Positions 58,734 to 64,000 of a stretch of DNA of 64,000 nucleotides are shown piece by piece. How positions within the stretch are numbered: position 1 is the first letter of the stretch; every line of letters begins with the position of its first letter. The stretch lies in the IMG/VR virus record IMGVR_UViG_3300044624_002142, positions 1-64,000 of that record, one strand, 5' to 3'. Both the position numbers and the translations under genes were made by a program. This DNA comes from a virus. Under the pieces are notes generated by a model. That model was not told where the DNA came from. It worked only from the letters and a program-made list of their open reading frames with translations, and ran no database searches.

Positions 58734-58753
58734 GACAATAGTTATGATATGAT
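58726..58753 (+). promoter_or_regulatory. Sigma70-like promoter
   Basis: TTGACT-N16-TATGAT with an extended TGn. Confidence 0.7.
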
Positions 58754-58806
58754 AGAGGTAAGTTAGTTCTAAAACTAATGAAATAAATAAAAAATATAAA
58801 AGTTAT

Positions 58807-59043
58807 ATGAAGATTATTAATGATTCACGTCGTAAGACGTATTTTGTTCAACGAAAGAATACAACAATTAACACTTATATTGCTGGCCCAACGAATGGCG
58901 CACATCGTGCGACTCGTATGACTATTCAGTCGGGAAAGACTCGATTGGATCTTAACGGTCGTCAGATTCGAGCAATTCGTGAAGTACTTGATGCAAGTAA
59001 GAATGTTGCTGGTGTTCGTACTCGTAAGAACGTTAAGAAGTAA
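58807..59043 (+). CDS. Small basic hypothetical protein
   Basis: 78 aa, Arg/Lys-rich, with an A-rich leader. Confidence 0.7.
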   Translation: MKIINDSRRKTYFVQRKNTTINTYIAGPTNGAHRATRMTIQSGKTRLDLNGRQIRAIREVLDASKNVAGVRTRKNVKK

Positions 59044-59062
59044 ACACTAAATTATAGAGAGT

Positions 59063-59209
59063 ATGGGAAAGACTTATAGACGCAATTCGGATTCTTTTGA
59101 ACGTAAGCGTAAGAATAAAAATCGGATGGAAAACTTCAAAGGAAAGTCTAAACCGATGAAATTTGACAAAAATCGTATTTCTGGAAAAGACGACGAAGAA
59201 TATGCTTAA
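59063..59209 (+). CDS. Small basic ORF (48 aa) below the track cut-off
   Basis: MGKTYRRNSDSFERKRKNKNRMENFKGKSKPMKFDKNRISGKDDEEYA. It fills the gap and overlaps the next ATG. Confidence 0.55.
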   Translation: MGKTYRRNSDSFERKRKNKNRMENFKGKSKPMKFDKNRISGKDDEEYA

Positions 59210-59519
59210 AAAGATTATAATTACACTATTAGTAATATTATCTTTGTTAACCTATAAGTTTCAATCACTGATACCACTGGGATTTATTCTGGTGGTATTT
59301 TATTTGGCACAGGTCGATAAGATGTTACTGATCAATAAAAATATTATTGATGAAAATACAGTTCACACTAATAAGGTTATAACAACTTTACTAAACAATC
59401 AAAAAGTGTTATTGTCAGATCTTAAACTGTTAAGAAACGAAATCAATAAAAACCATAAGAATGGCAACAAAAAAATCATCAGTAAAGAAGTCAAAAAAGG
59501 AATTGACAGACAACAGTAA
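59202..59519 (+). CDS. Small membrane protein (two N-terminal hydrophobic segments, basic C-terminus)
   Basis: IIITLLVILSLL and LIPLGFILVVFYL. ATG 59202 is preferred. Confidence 0.55.
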   Translation: MLKKIIITLLVILSLLTYKFQSLIPLGFILVVFYLAQVDKMLLINKNIIDENTVHTNKVITTLLNNQKVLLSDLKLLRNEINKNHKNGNKKIISKEVKKGIDRQQ

Positions 59520-59976
59520 TGTACCAAAAGCATTAGGTTTGTTTGATCATGTCAATCACATTCGTGGTGTACAAAACCCAAAATATTTTTCAACACTGAG
59601 TGATGCTGATAAAAAGAGTTTTACTCATGTGATGTTGATGAAGTTTTTGTCAATGGATCGTAATGCTCTTGATTCACTTTCTTATATTGGAAAGTATCAA
59701 GATAGTATGCCCTCTGAAAATTTTTATACTGTATTGACGGCTATAGTACCACGTACCAATCAGTTTCATAAGTATATTAAAGCGGCTAAGAACAATTACG
59801 ATGACGAGTTTTACAAACTATTGGCGAGGTGGTATGAATGTTCATCATCAGAAGCAGAAGAATATTCTGAGATTCTTGGACAAACGGATGATGGAATCAA
59901 AGAAATGATCAATATATGTAAAGCATATGGTTTGACGGATGGTGAAGTAGAAAAGTTAATGACTAATGAAAAATAA
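59461..59976 (+). CDS. Hypothetical protein, possible clamp-loader small subunit (gp62-like)
   Basis: LFDHVNHI...KKSF...M.KFLSM...Y..S..EAEEY pattern; weak resemblance only. Confidence 0.4.
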   Translation: MATKKSSVKKSKKELTDNSNVPKALGLFDHVNHIRGVQNPKYFSTLSDADKKSFTHVMLMKFLSMDRNALDSLSYIGKYQDSMPSENFYTVLTAIVPRTNQFHKYIKAAKNNYDDEFYKLLARWYECSSSEAEEYSEILGQTDDGIKEMINICKAYGLTDGEVEKLMTNEK

Positions 59977-60631
59977 ACTTTATATTGGAATATCAGGAGT
60001 AGCAAGATCTGGAAAAAATCTGTTTTGCGACATTTCTAAGAAAATTATATCTGAAAAATATGGATTGACATGTAGTTCATATGCACTTGCATTTTCTTTA
60101 AAGAACGATTGTAAAGAGTTTGTCAAAGATAAATTGGGATTGGATGTATTTACAGAAGAGACTGAAGAAAAAAAGATCTTTAGAGAAATGCTTGTTTGGT
60201 ATGGTGATGTCAAACGTAAACAATCACATGGACGGTATTGGACTGAAAAGCTTCAATCTGAAATGGAAAAGGATGATTCTGATGTTATTTTTATAACTGA
60301 CATACGTTATAACTTTTATCCTAAAGATGAGGTATATTGGATCAACAATGATTTGAACGGTAAGTTGATTCACATATCAAAATACACATATGGTTTCCCT
60401 ACTGATGGTAGACGTATTCGTGGTGATATTGCTAATACAAATCAAAAGATTTGGGTAGAACCTGTCAATGATCATGAACGATGGAACGATCCGAAGGTTA
60501 AGGCTGAAGCTGATTATGTTGTCGAATGGCCTCATGTAAAATCAGAAGGTAAAACTTATCAAGATATAATTAATGATGATCAATTAAATAAGATAATATC
60601 ACCTATATATGAACGTATATTTTCCGTATGA
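59966..60631 (+). CDS. Deoxynucleoside monophosphate kinase-like protein (T4 gp1-like)
   Basis: IGISGVARSGKN, A..LK, R..L..YG...R and ITDIRY. Confidence 0.75.
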   Translation: MKNKLYIGISGVARSGKNLFCDISKKIISEKYGLTCSSYALAFSLKNDCKEFVKDKLGLDVFTEETEEKKIFREMLVWYGDVKRKQSHGRYWTEKLQSEMEKDDSDVIFITDIRYNFYPKDEVYWINNDLNGKLIHISKYTYGFPTDGRRIRGDIANTNQKIWVEPVNDHERWNDPKVKAEADYVVEWPHVKSEGKTYQDIINDDQLNKIISPIYERIFSV

Positions 60632-61470
60632 AAGGTATTATTTTATCAGGCGGTACAGGATCTAGGTTATATCCATTGACAACAGTTGTTAATAAACAAT
60701 TGTTGCCGGTATATGATAAACCGATGATTTATTATCCACTATCAACATTAATTTCTTGTGGAATCAAAGATATTTGCATCATATCATCATATGATTTTCT
60801 TCCATTGTACCAAAAGTTATTTGGTGATGGTGAACATTTAGGATTGAATCTGACCTACAAGGTACAACCAAAACCGGATGGTATTGCACAATCGTTTTTG
60901 ATTGCTGAAGACTTTATTGGTAACGACAGTGTTTGTTTGATTTTGGGTGACAATGTGTTTCACGGATTCAACCGTATGAAGGTCGATTTCACCGGTGCGG
61001 TAATATTTGCTTATAAAGTAAACAATCCTCAAGAATATGGTGTAATTGAGTTTGATTCTAACGGCAAAGCGTTGTCTATTGAAGAGAAACCAAAGATGCC
61101 TAAAAGCAAATATGCGGTTCCTGGCCTATATTTTTACGACAATAATGTAATTGAATATTCTAGAATATTGAAACCTTCCAAACGTGGTGAATATGAGATC
61201 ACCGATATCAACCGTAGATATATGGAAGAGGGGAATTTGAATGTAGTAAAAATGCCAAAAGGTACGGTTTGGTTGGATGCAGGGTCACCAACAACATTGG
61301 GACAAGCAAGTAATTATGTACAGACTGTACAAGACCGTCAAGGATGTAAAATTGCATGTATTGAAGAAGAGTGTTTAAATCAAAAATTTATCGATCAAAC
61401 ACAATTTGTTAAATTGATAGAAAAAACGCCAAAATCGGAATATAGAAATTATTTAGAATCTGTCATATGA
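60628..61470 (+). CDS. rmlA: Glucose-1-phosphate thymidylyltransferase
   Basis: GIILSGGTGSRLYPLT, KQLLPVYDKPMIYYPL, LILGDN, EEKP, GLYFYD and RGEYEITD. Confidence 0.96.
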   Translation: MKGIILSGGTGSRLYPLTTVVNKQLLPVYDKPMIYYPLSTLISCGIKDICIISSYDFLPLYQKLFGDGEHLGLNLTYKVQPKPDGIAQSFLIAEDFIGNDSVCLILGDNVFHGFNRMKVDFTGAVIFAYKVNNPQEYGVIEFDSNGKALSIEEKPKMPKSKYAVPGLYFYDNNVIEYSRILKPSKRGEYEITDINRRYMEEGNLNVVKMPKGTVWLDAGSPTTLGQASNYVQTVQDRQGCKIACIEEECLNQKFIDQTQFVKLIEKTPKSEYRNYLESVI

Positions 61471-61485
61471 TATATATGAACAGTT

Positions 61486-62352
61486 ATGATTTTACTATTA
61501 GGCGCATCTGGTTATATTGGCCACGAATTCAATAAACAATTATTTCAAAACGGTCTTCCAGTTAGAACGTGTTCAACTCCTACCAAGGAGTTGACGTATA
61601 CTCATTTGGATCTGTTACATAAAACATTAAAGTTAACAACTATAGTTAACTGTGCTGGATATACAGGCAAACCAAATGTGGATGCTTGTGAAACTGATAA
61701 ACACAATACCATTTATGGAAACGTTGTAGTTCCAGAGATGTTATCAATATTTTGCCGTAACAACGGAATTTTACTTGGACATGTATCGTCTGGGTGTATT
61801 TATACAGGACGTAGATCAGATGGTACGCCATTCACTGAAAACGACCGTCCAAACTTTAGTTTTGAACAAAACAATTGTAGTTTTTATAGCGGAACTAAAG
61901 CACTTGCTGAGGATGTCATTCGACACAATTGGGGCAATCATTATATTTGGAGACTACGTATTCCATTTGAAGAAAAACACAATCCTCGAAACTATTTGTC
62001 CAAGATGTTGAATTATAAGAAACTTTTGGATGCTGAAAACTCTATATCTAATAAACAAGATTTTGTTAACGCTTGTGTACAAACTCTTGTTAAAAAGGTT
62101 CCATACGGAACATATAATGTTACAAATACTGGTTTTGTGACTACTAAACAAGTTATTGAAAAGATGCAAAAAACAATTGCTAAAGACAAGATCTTTGAGT
62201 TTTTTGACAATGAAGATGACTTTTATAAAACGGCTGTAAAAACACCACGTTCAAACTGTGTGATGAGTAATCAAAAGTTGTTGAATGTGGGAATTAAAAT
62301 GAGAACCGTGGATGAAGCATTGGATAATTGTTTAGAAAATTGGAAAGAATAA
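61486..62352 (+). CDS. NDP-4-keto-6-deoxyglucose reductase, RmlD / NRS-ER-like SDR
   Basis: GASGYIG, AGYTGKPNVDACE, SSGCIY, SFYSGTK (YxxxK) and RLRIP. Confidence 0.82.
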   Translation: MILLLGASGYIGHEFNKQLFQNGLPVRTCSTPTKELTYTHLDLLHKTLKLTTIVNCAGYTGKPNVDACETDKHNTIYGNVVVPEMLSIFCRNNGILLGHVSSGCIYTGRRSDGTPFTENDRPNFSFEQNNCSFYSGTKALAEDVIRHNWGNHYIWRLRIPFEEKHNPRNYLSKMLNYKKLLDAENSISNKQDFVNACVQTLVKKVPYGTYNVTNTGFVTTKQVIEKMQKTIAKDKIFEFFDNEDDFYKTAVKTPRSNCVMSNQKLLNVGIKMRTVDEALDNCLENWKE

Positions 62353-62353
62353 T

Positions 62354-63613
62354 ATGAAATACACTGAAAAAGTTAAAAGTTGTAGAGTATCAAATGACCC
62401 ATTGGTTTCATTGTTTACTTTAGGCGATTTGTTTATATCAAACTTTCTCAAGGACCAACCATCGGATGACTATAGGTCGGAAATGAAATTGATGTATTCT
62501 CCTACATCAAAGTTGGTTCAGTTGGAACAAGGCGCAGATCCTAACAAAATGTATGGCCAATATTGGTACCGTTCCGGTACGAATCAGACGATGCGTAATC
62601 AACTTAAGAACGTGGTTGATAGTTGTATGATGGTTCATACTCCAACTGATAATCCACTATGGTTAGATATTGCGTGTAATGATGGAACATTGTTGAGTTA
62701 TGTACCATCACCATATTCACGTTTGGGTATTGATCCCGCCGACGATTCTTATACCAAAGAAAGTGTTAAATTTGCTGATCAAGTAGTTCAGGAGTATTTT
62801 TCAAAGAATACGTTTGATCGAAGTATTTTTAAAGGACGAAAGTGTGATGTGATTACATGTATCGCAATGTTTTATGATCTTCCGGATCCAGTTGCTTTTC
62901 TAAATGATGTATATGATGTGTTACACGATGAAGGTTTGTTTGTAGTACAAATGAGTTATACGCCGTTGATGGTTCAACAAATGGCATTTGACAATATTTG
63001 TCATGAACATTTGATGTATTACTCGTTACATTCATTTAAACATGTTATAGAAAAAGCCAAGTTTAAGATTGTAGATTGTGAGTTGAATGATGTTAATGGT
63101 GGATCTTTCCGAGTATACTTACAGAAAGATATTGCTAAGGTTACATCATTTGCAACTGCTCCATACCGTGATGTTGCACGTTATCGTATTAACTCTACTT
63201 TGGAGTATGAAAACAAGATTGGAGCAAATACAGTTGAGTTTTATATGAATTTCTATAAGAAACTTCAGGAGTTGAAGGAAAAAACATATAACTTTATCAA
63301 ACAAGAAAAAGAAAAGGGTAAGAGCATTTGGGTCTATGGCGCATCAACCAAGGGAAATACTCTTCTTCAATATTTTGGATTGGATAAGACTTTGATTGAT
63401 GGTGCAGCAGAACGTAGTCCATATAAGTTTGGACTAAAGACTGTGGGAACTGATATTACAATTTATTCCGAACAAGATATGAGAAAGGCTAACCCAGATT
63501 ATCTTTTGATATTGCCATGGCATTTCATTGATGAATTCAAGAGACGTGAGGCTCCATATCTAATGAGTGGAGGTCATTTTATTGTACCTTGTCCTGTATT
63601 TGAAATTGTATGA
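62354..63613 (+). CDS. SAM-dependent NDP-hexose C-methyltransferase-like protein
   Basis: Y.YRSG, LDIACNDGTLL, FDNICHEHLMYYS, NGGS, YGASTKGNTLL and ILPWHF. Confidence 0.88.
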   Translation: MKYTEKVKSCRVSNDPLVSLFTLGDLFISNFLKDQPSDDYRSEMKLMYSPTSKLVQLEQGADPNKMYGQYWYRSGTNQTMRNQLKNVVDSCMMVHTPTDNPLWLDIACNDGTLLSYVPSPYSRLGIDPADDSYTKESVKFADQVVQEYFSKNTFDRSIFKGRKCDVITCIAMFYDLPDPVAFLNDVYDVLHDEGLFVVQMSYTPLMVQQMAFDNICHEHLMYYSLHSFKHVIEKAKFKIVDCELNDVNGGSFRVYLQKDIAKVTSFATAPYRDVARYRINSTLEYENKIGANTVEFYMNFYKKLQELKEKTYNFIKQEKEKGKSIWVYGASTKGNTLLQYFGLDKTLIDGAAERSPYKFGLKTVGTDITIYSEQDMRKANPDYLLILPWHFIDEFKRREAPYLMSGGHFIVPCPVFEIV

Positions 63614-64000
63614 CTAAAAAAAACATATTAGTCACAGGTGGATGTGGTTTTATTGGATCACATTTTGTTGAAAAGTTAATAAACAACCCAGACATTGGGT
63701 GTATTGTTAATTTTGATAAAATGACATATGCTGCTAATCGTGAATTGGAATTTCATAAAGACGAACGATACAAACATTACATTGTTGATATCAACGACAG
63801 TGTTGCTGTTTATAATGCGTTAAAGGAACATCAAATTACACATGTAGTACACTTTGCTGCTGAAAGTCACGTTGATAATTCAATTTACTCTCCTGATGCT
63901 TTCGTTGAAACAAACGTTGTTGGGACATTTAATTTGATGAAAGCTGCATTTGATTATGATAAACTTGAAAAGTTTATTCATATTTCAACTGATGAAGTAT
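63610..64000 (+). CDS. rmlB: dTDP-glucose 4,6-dehydratase, 3'-truncated by the window edge
   Basis: Read from the sequence: MTKKNILVTGGCGFIGSHF...DKMTYAAN...VVHFAAESHVDNSI...FIHISTDEV; ATGA overlap with the upstream gene. Confidence 0.93.
   Translation, partial: MTKKNILVTGGCGFIGSHFVEKLINNPDIGCIVNFDKMTYAANRELEFHKDERYKHYIVDINDSVAVYNALKEHQITHVVHFAAESHVDNSIYSPDAFVETNVVGTFNLMKAAFDYDKLEKFIHISTDEV

Noticed and set aside
15861-64000. Stop-codon reassignment as in some large phages
   Set aside because: Recognisable genes are full length and densely packed in the standard code.
1-64000. tRNA or rRNA genes, integrase, DGR or retron reverse transcriptase
   Set aside because: No cloverleaf-like sequence was seen in the short intergenic gaps, and no integrase or RT motifs were seen in any ORF. 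This was by eye only; tRNAscan and HMM searches were not run.

Overview
This window is a 64-kb piece of a large, AT-rich, T4-like (contractile-tailed) bacteriophage genome. Every supported gene is on the + strand and reads in the standard code. The modules run in this order. (1) 1-15828: the 3' part (5,275 aa in the window, start upstream) of a giant collagen-like (Gly-Thr-Ser)n protein with six globular inserts. (2) Two bifunctional glycosyltransferases directly behind it, one carrying an Aah/TibC-type protein O-heptosyltransferase domain. (3) A tail module: sheath, four inserted genes including a mobile-looking endonuclease, tube, a chaperone with a probable programmed frameshift, tape measure and baseplate genes. 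(4) A replication and recombination module: an abbreviated family A polymerase, gp32-like SSB, RecA/UvsX, 5'-3' exonuclease, DnaB-like helicase and nrdAB. (5) Accessory genes: MoxR-like AAA+ plus VWA, DUF4338/DruA-like, UvsE, dNMP kinase. (6) A dTDP-deoxysugar operon (rmlA, NRS/ER-like reductase, sugar C-methyltransferase, rmlB) that runs off the right end. Two promoter classes are visible: sigma70-like TTGACT-N16/17-TAnnnT and a TATTTATA motif ahead of structural genes. The best candidate for an undescribed system is a phage-encoded glycoprotein-fibre pathway: a micrometre-scale Ser/Thr collagen, its own protein O-glycosyltransferases and a nucleotide-sugar supply. All family assignments come from motif recognition by eye; no searches were run.
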